From: Rebecca billardiae RCC1528
Taxonomy: Eukaryota > Protista > Haptophyta
NCBI GenBank assembly: GCA_965240325.2
Contig: OZ251225.1
Span: 3,720,001-3,784,000 of the forward strand
DNA length: 64,000 bases
Reading direction: 5' to 3'
Shown here: positions 21,853 through 32,642 of the stretch, piece by piece
Numbering within the stretch: the first letter of the stretch is position 1
How the letters are laid out: every line of letters begins with the position of its first letter
Program-made: the position numbers and the translations under genes
The notes under the pieces: generated by a model
The model's database searches: none
Told to the model about the DNA's origin: nothing
The model's input: the letters and a program-made list of their open reading frames with translations, nothing else

Positions 21853-22887
21853 CGCGGATGCGCTCGTCGACCGGTCGGCGAGAGGCGACTCCGAGTCTCC
21901 GACGACCTCGCCGATTGCGAAACGCGAACAGCCGACACACGTCTTGACTTTTGACGAGACTTGATTTTTGTTTTTGACTCGGTCTTTTCGCCGCGGCGGA
22001 AGTATCGCGCCGAAGCGGAGCGAAGGCCGATGACAGGCGATGTGGCACACTCCAGCATGGCCGCTTACCAGGCCATGGCCGACCCGGCCATGCGGGCTAT
22101 CGCCCGATCGGGCGTCATTACGCTGTCTGATGACGCTATACACTGTCGATGACACTGCTCAGGGAGTATGGGACTTGCGAGTGTGGCTGCCCACATGCTA
22201 AAGGCGTTCACTGATCGGTGCGCGATCCCCACTCGGTGACGGTTCGGTGGCGCTGCGGCTCCGGTCTAAGTCAACGTCCCAGGTGCGCGCCTGCGGACTC
22301 CGGGCTGCACTGGCACGCGGTCACAGGCGGTGTCAGTCAGTCGGTCAGTGACGCCTAGTGGCACTAGTTGGTCAGGCTGCCGGGCAGTGGCATGATAACA
22401 TCCGCCATTGAATCGACACTACTCATTGGCAGATTAGTCTCGCCTCTCGAGTCTCTGGATTACATCTAATGATTAGACGACGGCTGACGACGCGTGGCAC
22501 CGCGACCACCGCGGTGGCGCGCGCGCGTCGACGCCAGACGGTGCGTCGAGCTTCCGCTCGGCGATGGAGTGATGGGCGACTACGAGGGGGGGGGGACGAC
22601 GGCGAGGAGCGCTGATCCTGGTGTTTGTCTCTGCTGCTCGATCTGCCGCTACAGCTTGCTGACTCTGACGCCTGCCCGTTGCATACCACGTCGTTAACAT
22701 ATATATGAACATGATCAGTGCGGCGCGGCGCCGCGGTAAGTCGTAAGACCGGACACGGTTGCCAGCCTTGCCAGGACCGGTCTCCGAGTCCGAGACGGCC
22801 TATTCTGACTAAGACCGTACCCGAAATCTTCCCGCGAATGCTAAGTCGCCAATAACTTACGTAGCATGAATCTCATATGTACTGGCA

Positions 22888-25800
22888 TCACTTGGCACGG
22901 GCAAACATGTCGCCTTCCAGCTCGTCCTCGAGCGAGGCGAACGCGCGCTCCGCGGCATCCGTCTGCCGCGCGTGCCGCCGTGCCACCGCGCCATGCGGGT
23001 CGATACGCGCCCCCTTATCGCGCGTGCGTTGCTTGGTGCGCCGCGCGACATGCGTCTCGCTCAGCGGAGCGCTGTGCAGCGTGCGCGCTGACGCGACCGG
23101 TGCAGCCGCTGCTCGCGCCCGCCCGCCATGGCTGCCGTCCTCGTTCAGATTGGACTGCCGCGCGAGCTCGCTCAATGCGCGCTTGCTGCCGCGTGCTGGC
23201 CCCTTGGACGTGGGCGTGTGCTGCTCCTCCCGCTCCGCATCCCTCGCCACCGCGGCCACAGCCGCCGTCCGGCCGGTCGCTGCCACGCACGCGGACGCCA
23301 TGGCTGCCGCTGCGCCGCGTGCGCTCAGGACAGGCTCGGTGTCGTCCGCGTGCGCGCCCTCGCCGCCTGCGTCCGAGTCCGCGTCCGAGCCCGCGTCCGA
23401 GCAGCTCTCGCTGCCGCTGCCGTCGCTGCTGCTGTCGCGCCCGGAGAGCCCGTCGCTCGCCCGCGCCGGCCGGGCATGCGGCATGCGCGCGCGCACCACA
23501 GTGGGCGCGTCGCTGCCGCGGATCCTGCGCCCAGCGGCAGGGGAGGCAGCCGGTTGCGTGCGTACAACGGTGCCGGTCTGCACGCCTGGCGCCGCTTCCT
23601 CCGCGGGAGGAGCGCGTGCGGCGATTGGCGAGAGAGCTGGCAGCGCAAGCGGCCCGCAGGGCGCAGCTGCCGCCTGCCTGCGCGCTGCGACGATCGGCGA
23701 GAGAGCCGGCGGCGCAGGCGGCCCGGCCGCCGCCGCTTGCGGGCGCTTGGGTGTGGGCGACGGGCTTGGCGGCTGTGTAACGGCCATCAGAGAGGGCGGG
23801 CTGTCGGCCGATTCGGGCGTGGGCACGTCCGTCTCCGCCGTCAGTGCCTGCTCGCGCGCACCCTGCGGCGACCACGGCGCGTCGCTGGCCGCCGCGCCCT
23901 GCTGAGTTGGCGCGCCCAGCTGCGCGGGCGAGAGTGGCGGCTGCGGTGGCAGTTGAGGCTGCCGCGCCAACGAGTGGGACTGCCGGGCTAGAGCCTCCGG
24001 CTGTGGCTGTGCCGGCCGTGCCTCTGGCGCGAGCGGAGGCGGGTGCTGAGGTGGGGCAAACCGCGGCGAGGGCTGCGGGAGCTGGTGCAAGGGCGGCGGC
24101 AGCTGCTGCGCGGGCTGGTGCGCCGGCGGCGATGGCGGCGGGCGGGGAGGCGGCGCTGCCTGTTGCAAAGGCGGCGGCAGCGGCGGTGGCAGCTGCGGCT
24201 GCAGCGGTGCCGTGGCTAGCAGCGGCTGCTGGGCCGACGCTGACGGCGTTGCTAGCTGCGACGGCCGCTCCTGCTGCTGCACTGCTGGCCGCGACGGCTG
24301 TGCCTGCGCTCGTGCTTGCGCCGGTGCCCGCGGCTGCGGGGCGGGCTGCAGCTCTGCAAATGAGCGCTGCAGCCGCGCCTGCGCCGCCTCGGCCGCTGCG
24401 CGCCAGCGCTCGCGCTCGTCGTGCGCACTCGCGACACCACCCGCGTCGACGGCGCCGACGCGTGCGAGCTCCTCCTGCACGGCCGTGCGCATCAGGTCGG
24501 CATTGCACGCCCCTCGGTGGCCGCGCGGCTTGGCGCACGAGAAGGCACGCAGGCACCGCACAGCGCCCGCATCGGCGGAGCGCGCCGGCGGGCGCTCGCT
24601 CGGCGCTCCACCGGCCGGTCCCTCGAGCGCGCTGCTGCCGATCCCGCCAAGCTCGCCGCCGCCACCCCCGCACTCGCCCTCGCCGGCGTCCTCGCTGCCG
24701 CCTCGAGCAGGGCCAGACGGCAGCACCTCTTCCGCCCTGGGTGCCGAGCGCAAGGGCTGCGCGCTGAGAGGCAGCGCCGTGGTGTCGGTGTGCTCGCGTG
24801 GCGAGTGAGTCGGCTCAGTGGGCGGACGCGGCCCGTGCTCAGCCGATGCGGCGCGTTGCGGCAGCGTGCTGACTGTGGGTCCTGTGCACGCCGCCAGCGG
24901 CCGATCACGTCCAGCCGGCAGCTCGTCCGTGATCGCGCTCCCGCCGCCGGGTGCGCCGTCACGCGCGCAGCTGGCCCCTTCGCCGGTCTGCTGCCGAGCG
25001 CCGCCGCGCGCGGTGTCTTCAGCCGCGGGCGTGCGCTGCGGCTCCTGCTCGGCTTCGGCCGCGCGGGCGTCCGCCTCACTGTTGTCGCCGTCGTACGCAG
25101 CGTCGTCGAGGCCACACTCATCGGCGCCATCATCGCCGTCCAGCTCAAGCTGCGCCGTGTGGAGCGGCTCATCATCGTCTCGCTCGGGCGCAGCGCCGAG
25201 CGGCCGCACCGCTGTGAGCGGCGCCGCCCGGGCGCCGTCCAGCGGCAGCGTGGCGGCAGGCTCGCCCAAGGGTGGAGGGTCGGCCACTGGCGCTTCGAGC
25301 GGCTGCGGCCCGCATGGCGCCGCGGGCGCCGCGGGCGCGCCATCGGCCTGCTCCGTGCCACCGGCGTGCGGGAGCTCGCCACGCGCACACGCACCCAGCA
25401 GGCGGCCGAGCTCCACGAGGTCGACAAGCCCCAGCACCTCCGCGCTGCCGGGCGCGCCGTGCAGCTCCGCAGCCGCGCCAAGCGCACTGCTGGGCGCGGC
25501 CGGGCGGCTGAGGGGCGCGGCGGCCGCGCGGGCGACGGCGTCACGTACATCGGCCTGCGACAGCGCGTCCGCGCCGAACTCGGCTGCCACCAGCCCCAGC
25601 AGCGCGCCCGCGGCGAGCGGGGCAGGCGGCGCGGGCGCGCACGCGGTCACGTGTGCATGCAGCGCGTCACGCAGGCTCGAGCCGACGCGCGTGTGCAGCG
25701 CGGCCGGCCGGAGCACGGCCGCGCGCGCGGGCAGCGCGGGAGGCGGCGCTGGCGGCGCAGGTGCTGCGCCCACTGGCATGCGCGTCGGCGAGTCGTGCGT

Positions 25801-26823
25801 CGCGTTCGCCTGCACGCCCTCGTCGAGCAGCCCGGGAGCGCGCCCAGCTGCGGCCGGTGGCGAGGCCGCCGCCTCCGCGGACGCGGCCACCTGCGCCACT
25901 CGTGCACGCCCGCCGTCTTTGGCCGATGCGGCGGGAGCAGCCAGCGCGGCGACGGTGCGCCCGGCGTTGAGCGAGCCCGGCGCGGGTGCAGGCGCTCGCT
26001 TCGCCGCGGCAGCGCACATCGAGACGGCCGCCCGGCCTCTGGACCCAGTCGCGGGCGTCGGCGCGCTGCGGCCGGCGTGCCGTGCGCTGGCCAGGCCGCC
26101 TCGGTCCGGGGCGGTTGGTGGCCTGCCGGCTGCCCGCTGCGCTGCTGCGCGCAACGAAGGCGGCGCACACGCTCCAGCAGCGAGCGGAGCTGCATCTGCG
26201 CGCGACTTTGCTGCCCGCCGCCCGCCGCCGCCAGGTGCAGCGCCCGCGCCACGCTCGGGGGCGCACTTGGCGGGCGTGAGTGAACTCGGCGGCGTCATCA
26301 TGGGTGTGGGCGCGTCGAAGAACGCGTCATCGCCTGGGAGCGCGGCACGAGCAGACCCGTGGGGCGCGTGTACCGCGGCGGGCGGCTGTGCTGCCCGTGG
26401 CGCAGCGCGCGGCCGCGCGGCTGCCTTCTTGGCGGCGGCGGACTCGTGCACACGCCACTGCCGCACAGCCTGCCCCGTGTCCGAGGGCTGCTTCGGCTTG
26501 CGCGGCTGCGACGCGAGGGCAGGCTGTGCGGCGTAGCGGGAGAAAGGAAGCAGCGGCATCGCCGCGGCGAAATCGCCAGTCGGCTCTGCCTCGTCCACGA
26601 GCTGATCCTCGCCGAGGCTGCCGCGAATCACCACGGAGATCTCGTCCACCGCAGGCTCCGCGGATGCGTGGGCGTGTGGAGCCTGCGCGCTCGGCGCGCA
26701 GATGGGCTGCGGCGCATGTGCAGCGCGGCTGGCACCAGGCACCCGCTGCGCATCGCCGCCCGACGCCGCCGGCGTCGACGACTTGCCTGGGTCGACCCCT
26801 CGTGGTGCGGACAACCGCGGCAT
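22888..26823 (-). CDS. Large Ala/Pro/Gln-rich low-complexity protein of unknown function
   Basis: 1311-aa ATG-initiated ORF with acidic and Pro/Gln patches typical of the sense frame; no recognisable domain. Confidence 0.55.
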   Translation of the reverse strand: MPRLSAPRGVDPGKSSTPAASGGDAQRVPGASRAAHAPQPICAPSAQAPHAHASAEPAVDEISVVIRGSLGEDQLVDEAEPTGDFAAAMPLLPFSRYAAQPALASQPRKPKQPSDTGQAVRQWRVHESAAAKKAAARPRAAPRAAQPPAAVHAPHGSARAALPGDDAFFDAPTPMMTPPSSLTPAKCAPERGAGAAPGGGGRRAAKSRADAAPLAAGACAPPSLRAAAQRAAGRPPTAPDRGGLASARHAGRSAPTPATGSRGRAAVSMCAAAAKRAPAPAPGSLNAGRTVAALAAPAASAKDGGRARVAQVAASAEAAASPPAAAGRAPGLLDEGVQANATHDSPTRMPVGAAPAPPAPPPALPARAAVLRPAALHTRVGSSLRDALHAHVTACAPAPPAPLAAGALLGLVAAEFGADALSQADVRDAVARAAAAPLSRPAAPSSALGAAAELHGAPGSAEVLGLVDLVELGRLLGACARGELPHAGGTEQADGAPAAPAAPCGPQPLEAPVADPPPLGEPAATLPLDGARAAPLTAVRPLGAAPERDDDEPLHTAQLELDGDDGADECGLDDAAYDGDNSEADARAAEAEQEPQRTPAAEDTARGGARQQTGEGASCARDGAPGGGSAITDELPAGRDRPLAACTGPTVSTLPQRAASAEHGPRPPTEPTHSPREHTDTTALPLSAQPLRSAPRAEEVLPSGPARGGSEDAGEGECGGGGGELGGIGSSALEGPAGGAPSERPPARSADAGAVRCLRAFSCAKPRGHRGACNADLMRTAVQEELARVGAVDAGGVASAHDERERWRAAAEAAQARLQRSFAELQPAPQPRAPAQARAQAQPSRPAVQQQERPSQLATPSASAQQPLLATAPLQPQLPPPLPPPLQQAAPPPRPPPSPPAHQPAQQLPPPLHQLPQPSPRFAPPQHPPPLAPEARPAQPQPEALARQSHSLARQPQLPPQPPLSPAQLGAPTQQGAAASDAPWSPQGAREQALTAETDVPTPESADSPPSLMAVTQPPSPSPTPKRPQAAAAGPPAPPALSPIVAARRQAAAAPCGPLALPALSPIAARAPPAEEAAPGVQTGTVVRTQPAASPAAGRRIRGSDAPTVVRARMPHARPARASDGLSGRDSSSDGSGSESCSDAGSDADSDAGGEGAHADDTEPVLSARGAAAAMASACVAATGRTAAVAAVARDAEREEQHTPTSKGPARGSKRALSELARQSNLNEDGSHGGRARAAAAPVASARTLHSAPLSETHVARRTKQRTRDKGARIDPHGAVARRHARQTDAAERAFASLEDELEGDMFARAK

Positions 26824-27129
26824 GCTGCGCCGACGGGCGACCGTTTGAAACTCTACGGGCTTTTGCCTTTTATTGTACTCGTCGTCTACACAGCTACACT
26901 ACTCGAACTTATTCAGTAGCTTATGAGGGTAAGCTAAAGAACTGTCGTATCATAGTACGCACTAATGAGTAATGAACAACGTGTGACCTTGTGACCGGTG
27001 CACATGATGCCTCGATGTCAGACCGACGTCAGAGAGGCGCGTGGTTCCAGTCGTGGCAGTCATCTGGCAGGTCGGTCGCCTCCAATGTGCACGCGTGGCT
27101 TGCAGCCCTCAGCCCTCAGAGGCTCAGAC

Positions 27130-28558
27130 TCAGTCGAGTGCATCGAGGTCCTCTTCCGCCGCCTGGTCCGCGCCCTCAGCCGCGACGCCCTCGCCCTCGG
27201 CCACGCCCGCGCCCGTGCCCGCACCGCTCGAGGCGACATCGCCCGCCACCGCGCCCTCACCCGTTGCGCCCGATGGCGATAGCGTGTCGGCGGCACCCGC
27301 CGCGTCGCCGCTGGAAGACGCTGCGTCAGCCTCGGCCTGAGCACGCTTGCGCGCCTCGAGCTCGCGCCTGCGCACGCAGCAGCACGGGCCGGGATGGGTC
27401 GCGTCAGCGAGTCACGCCGCGCCGCACGGTGGGGCGGAGGAGGCGACGAGGTCGCTGAGCGCGTGCGCTCGACCTCGCGCGCGCGCGCGCACCGCTTGGC
27501 CTCGACGGCGGCGAGCGCGCGGTTGTACAGCTGCTCGCTCGTGTGCGCCTTCTTCTCGCCCGGCGCGGCGGCGTCGGTGCCGCCGTCCGCCGCGGCGTGC
27601 TCGATCTGGTCGTGAGCTGTCGGCTGCTGACCGCGCTCGCGCATGCGCTGCTCGGCGCGCGCCTTCGCGTCCTCCGTCACCTGGCGCATGTACTCGAGGT
27701 TGCGCTTCTGGTTGGCCTCCTTCTCCTCGCGCTGCCGCGCGCGCTCCTGCCGCTCCGCCTCCAGCCCCGTCCCCGGCCCGAGCTCCTTCTCCGCCCAAGC
27801 CCACGCCTCGGTCGCCAGCCGGTCCTCGGGGAACACGGGCCGGTCGTCCACGTACGTGAGCGCCTTGCAGCGCGAAACGAGGGTGCGGCGGTACTGGGGC
27901 ACGCTGTTGATCAGGGGGTTCCCCTGCATCTGCACCACCGCGAGCTGCGGCATCGCCTCGAGCACGCCGACCACCTCGGGGTCGTCCAGCTTGTTGTGCT
28001 GCAGGTCGACCACCGAGAGCGAGGGGCAGTGCAGCAGCCCGCGCACGTCGTCCGCGCTCGCGAGGGAGTTGTGCGCGATCTGCAGCGTCTGCAGGCAGGG
28101 CAGCATGTGCAGGCCCTCGATGCGCTTGATGAAGTTGTTCGAGATCTGCGCGGGCCGCACGGTGGGCACCCAGTCAGCGGGGCGGCGCTCGCGCACGTCC
28201 GCGCGGCCGTCCGCACGCATCACGCCGCGCACACCTGCAGCGTCGTGAGCTTCGCGCAGGCGTGCAGGTTTTCGATGCGCGTGATGCAATTCTGGTGCAC
28301 GTACAGGCAGCGCAGATCCGTCAGCTTGTCGAGCCCCTCGAGCTTGGTGAAGCCGTTCCCCTCGAGCCAGATTGCGCGCACGCCCGTGAACTCGTCAAGG
28401 TTCTCGATGCGCTGGTAGCCCTTGTAGTGCAGGTAGAGCTTGTCGTTGATCTCGGGCGTCTGGTACCCACCGTGCTCTTTGCACACCTGGCGCAGCTCCT
28501 TGCGCGTGATCCGCGCCGGCCCGTCGTTCGCCTCCGGATCGTACTCCGCGCGCACCAT
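27130..28558 (-). CDS. DNAAF1: Dynein axonemal assembly factor 1 (LRRC50/ODA7) leucine-rich repeat protein (3 exons)
   Basis: [38 protein letters not shown]; LRRs; [25 protein letters not shown]; introns 28234-28146 and 27492-27368. Confidence 0.9.
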
Positions 28559-28683
28559 CGCGGCCACCAGCAGTTGCTGCTTGCCGCCCGCAACAGCCCT
28601 CAACGGTTTGGCACGATGGCCGTCTTGCAGACGGCTGATGGCGATTGCAGACGACTTCATTTTTTCCGCCGCAGTCGTCATAA

Positions 28684-29590
28684 TTGACACTGGCCCACAG
28701 GGGGGGGTTCCGAATTGGTCCCCCGACCTCGAGCTCGATGGCTGCCGCACGTGCGTGCCCAGCGTGCCTCGCGCGTGTACGTGCACGGTAGGGCGTCCCG
28801 ACAGCGGCGGGGTGGCGTAGATGGTCGCATGGGAGGTGCATCCGTGTGTCGGAGACGTCTCGGCGCCTCGGTGGCGTGCCCACACCTCTCCTTGTCGCCG
28901 CTTGCCTGCTGCGTGCTCGGCCAGCCGTTTGGAGTGCACGCCTGCACGTGCACGGCCAGTGTCGGGCGGATCGAGCCGTAGCGAGTGTGCTTGCGGGTAC
29001 TCCCACCCGATGCGGCTCTCTGCCGCCGTCGTAGTAGCTCTCGTGCATCAATCCCAAGCCGTGCACTCCAACCCACGACGTGTTCAGTGTTGTCATGGTG
29101 GTACTCCACATGCTGTCCAGTTTTATTTTCAAATAGCGCATTTCTGATGCGATTCCTGGGCAATGTTCGCGAGCATGTTGGGCGCATGCCTGACTAGATT
29201 CGGCAGGTTCCAGGACACGCGCGAGGGCTTGCGACGGCGGCAGAGAGCCGCATCGGGTGGGAGACAGGGAGTACCCGCAAGCACACTCGCTACGGCTCGA
29301 TCCGCCCGACACTGGCCGTGCACGTGCAGGCGTGCACTCCAAACGGCTCGGGCCGAGCACGCAGCAGGCAAGCGGCGACAAGGAGAGGTGTGGGCACGCC
29401 ACCGAGGCGCCGAGACGTCTCCGACACACGGATGCACCTCCCATGCGACCATCTACGCCACCCCGCCGCTGTCGGGACGCCCTACCGTGCCACGTACACG
29501 CGCGAGGCACGCTGGGCACGCACGTGCGGCAGCCATCGAGCTCGAGGTCGGGGGACCAATTCGGAACCCCCCCTTGTGGGCCAGTGTCAA
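28684..29590. mobile_element. Fold-back / long-TIR non-autonomous DNA transposon
   Basis: ~350-bp near-identical inverted arms 28684-29031 and 29232-29590 around a ~200-bp spacer; ends TTGACACTGGCCCACA...TGTGGGCCAGTGTCAA. Confidence 0.85.
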
Positions 29591-29757
29591 TATCATTTGA
29601 TTCGTCGTGCATGCTGCATTGTTTACGGGGGCCGGTGATCTGGCCGTCGGTGCCGCCCGGACCGCCGCGGTGCGGCTGCTCGTCGAGCCCGGTGGCCGGG
29701 GTCCCTGCGAAGCAGTTCTGCCCAACACGTACAGCCGCGTCCGACACCGCGTCACGC

Positions 29758-31242
29758 TCATGGCAGTGGCTCGTTCCGATTGCCCAGACGCGAGAGGTGC
29801 AGGAAGGCGTCCGTGCCGTAGCCCTCCATGCTCATGATGTTGAGGTCGCCGCCAAAGTAGCGCGCGTACGCGCGGCTGGTGGGCAGCCCGTACCCAAGCC
29901 CGGCGAGCGGCGAGTCCGTCGCAAGCTGGCTGTCGGGGAACGTGTCCGCCGAGCCCTCCGCCTCGAACGCGGGCCTCGCCGTGGTGAAGAGGTAGCTCCA
30001 GATGCGCGGCATGTGCGAGCGCGCAATCCCGCCGCCCTCGTCTGAGATCTTCATCACCACGTCCTCGTTCTGCTCGCCGTCCGCAATGATCACGCGGATG
30101 GGCGGCATGTCGTTGTCCACGCCGTGGAACTCGCACACGGCGCGCAGGCTGTTCTTGATGGTCTGCGCGAACGCGCGGGGCGGGAGGCGCGTCGCGCGCG
30201 GCGCTCGCTCACGACGCTCTCCCGCCACCGCCCCGCCGCCCCGCGCCGCACGCGCACCTCGAACAGCATGTAGTAGAGGTGCGAGGGGATGTACGAGAAC
30301 GCGAGGTCGGTGCGGCCCTTGATCTCCACGGTGGGCGCGTCACCGTACTGCCGGTCGCACATGTACCGCGCGTCCTCGATCGCCTGGGAGGCGATCTCCG
30401 CGAGCGAGGTCTGCGTGTTGATCAGCCCGACGTACCCGTCCTGCGCGCCGTGCAGCGCGCGGCGCGGCGCGGGCGCGGCTGTGAGGCCGCCTGCGCGCGC
30501 GACCGCGCGCCGCGCCGCGGCCAGCCGCGGCGCTCACCTCCTGCGGGTGGTGCAGCTCGAGGTACTGGCCGATGAGGATGCGGATGCCGATGCGCGAGAC
30601 GTAGAACGCGTCGAGGAAGTGGTGCACCTCCGGGTACTCCCAGATCTGCGTGCGGCGGCGCACCTCGAGGTCTGGCTGCCGCTTTCTGAGCTCCTGCTTG
30701 AACTCGTGCACGCCGCGCGCCATCTTGAGGAGCGTCGGCGCGTGGCGGTCGTAGATCTTCGAGAGCACCTGCTCGAACGCTGCCTCCTGCTCGGGCGTCC
30801 GCGGCGGGTCCTGCGCGAGCAGATCGTTGAAGGACTCGACGTACCAGTCGCGCACCGTCATCACCGACGGCATCTCGCTCAGCCCGTGCGGCAGCTCCTC
30901 GAGCTCGGTGGCGCGGTGCGCGAGCCGGATGGGGAGCTCGTGGCGGAGAAACTGCGCGATCTGGATCAGCGTGCGCTGCTGCGTCGGGAGCGACGCGTCG
31001 ATGTTCGACTTCTCCAGCCGCAGCCCCATGCCGGTCGACAGGAGCGCCTGCATGTTCACACCCGTCTGGCGCCGCGCGGCAAACTCGGCGAGGTCGGCGA
31101 CGGGCTGCGGCCGGTCGGTGGCGAGCGAGCTGAAGACACGCCATCGGGAGCGCTGCGCGCACAGCGGCGCCAGGTGCCGCTCATAGCGCGACGACGCCAC
31201 CACCGCCGCGGCGCCCCGTCGGCGGCCGGCCACTACACTCAT
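29758..31242 (-). CDS. PDK: Mitochondrial pyruvate dehydrogenase kinase (3 exons)
   Basis: FLRHELPIRLAHR, FYVSRIGIRILIGQY, YIPSHLYYMLFE/TIKNSLRA, KISDEGGGI, PLAGLGYGLPTSRAYARYFGGDL, GYGTD; introns 30537-30441 and 30257-30163. Confidence 0.93.
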
Positions 31243-32059
31243 CGCCGAAATCCGCGCCCGCCAGTACTGGGTGCCGCAGCCGATGCTTGGGCTGTCTGCG
31301 CCCGTCCGCCGGACTGCTCGGCGCCATCGTACTTCGGCGGGCACAGTGCGAGGCGTGTGAGTCTGTTCGCAGCTGGCAGTCGTGCGGCACCTGTGCGTCC
31401 GGAAGGGCGCACGCGTTCGGCTCTCCAGCAGCGGCCGTGGATACGCCTGTTCGAAAATGCAGTGCTGCCCGCTGCACGGTGCACTCTCCGCCGGAGGTCA
31501 CCGCAATTCCGCGGGCACGAGGTAACATCGATTCACTCGGTCACAGTGATCAGTAGGCCGATGGCCGGACGCGGCACGCGGCCACGCGCGGCTGGTGAAC
31601 CAATGATGGTGAAAATAATGAGAGCCTCTAGCCCCAGACCTATGGACTGGGCGCCGCCTGATCATTGCATCGGCAGCGGGCACTGGCAGCGCGACGCTCC
31701 TTAGACCTTACGCCCGGCTCACCCGTCTCAGCCTGCCAGCGCTGGTCATGGTCGAGCCCTTTGCGCTTCAATGCGATGTGGCACCGTGTCCGACTACTGG
31801 CACACGCGCCTGACGTCTCTTGCACCTTTAGCCGCGCCCTCCACTGCCACTAGAATAGCGGACGCGCGAGTCTGCACACGCACCGTGCGTCCGTGGGAGC
31901 CTCGGTGGTGTGATCTTGGACCAAAAAAGCACTTCTGACGAATCGAGATGTCAATATGAACATGCCATTGAACGCCTGATTACGCGCTAATGTAAAGTGT
32001 GATGCTCATCAGAACATCAGCATATTCATACTTCGATGATGTATGGCTCCGCGGGGTAT

Positions 32060-32224
32060 CAGGGGCGTTCCCCGCATCGGTCATACGCCAAATTGAACCG
32101 TCTTCCTATTGGAACGGGCTTCGTCCATTTGAAGCGGGTACATTGAATACGGAAAAAGGCAAAGCCCCCCCAGGGGGGGCTTTGCTTTTCGGGAGCGTGT
32201 GGCAGGATCCCGGGAACGCCCTTG
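32060..32224 (+). repeat. ~165-bp hairpin module with 14-bp terminal inverted repeats, copy 1
   Basis: CAGGGGCGTTCCCG...CGGGAACGCCCTTG; internal palindrome GCAAAG-C7-A-G7-CTTTGC (32159-32185); inverted homolog at 43807-43984. Confidence 0.8.
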
Positions 32225-32642
32225 AGTAGGGTTGACGAATGACGAGCCAGATCAACCCAAGATCTTTCCACCTCTTTCCAGATCAAGATCGCTCCAAGAT
32301 TGAAATCTCACCAGTTCACGCCGGTCACATAAAGTTCGCACCGTTCACATAACCTCTATCACCTCCATTCCATCTTCCAACAACCTACGATCATATTCGC
32401 AAAGAGAGCATCTCTCAGGGAATCCGATAGCATTACTGCTCATTAGCGCAATATGAGTACAGGTTTCACAAGCGCGAGCGCCGGAGTGAACTGGCAGAAT
32501 TCGTGGTGATACCGGCGCTTTTACCTCGCTACCTTCCACGCAACGTCGTCGCAACCCTCCCCTGAGCGCCAGATCGCGCGCGGAGACAATCCGTCCCGCA
32601 CGCACGTCGACAGCCCTCACGCCGGGCGTTCCCTCTCATTCC

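Noticed and set aside
28395-29747. 450-aa ORF spanning the inverted repeat as a possible transposase
   Set aside because: No DDE or HUH motifs; it simply translates the repeat arms
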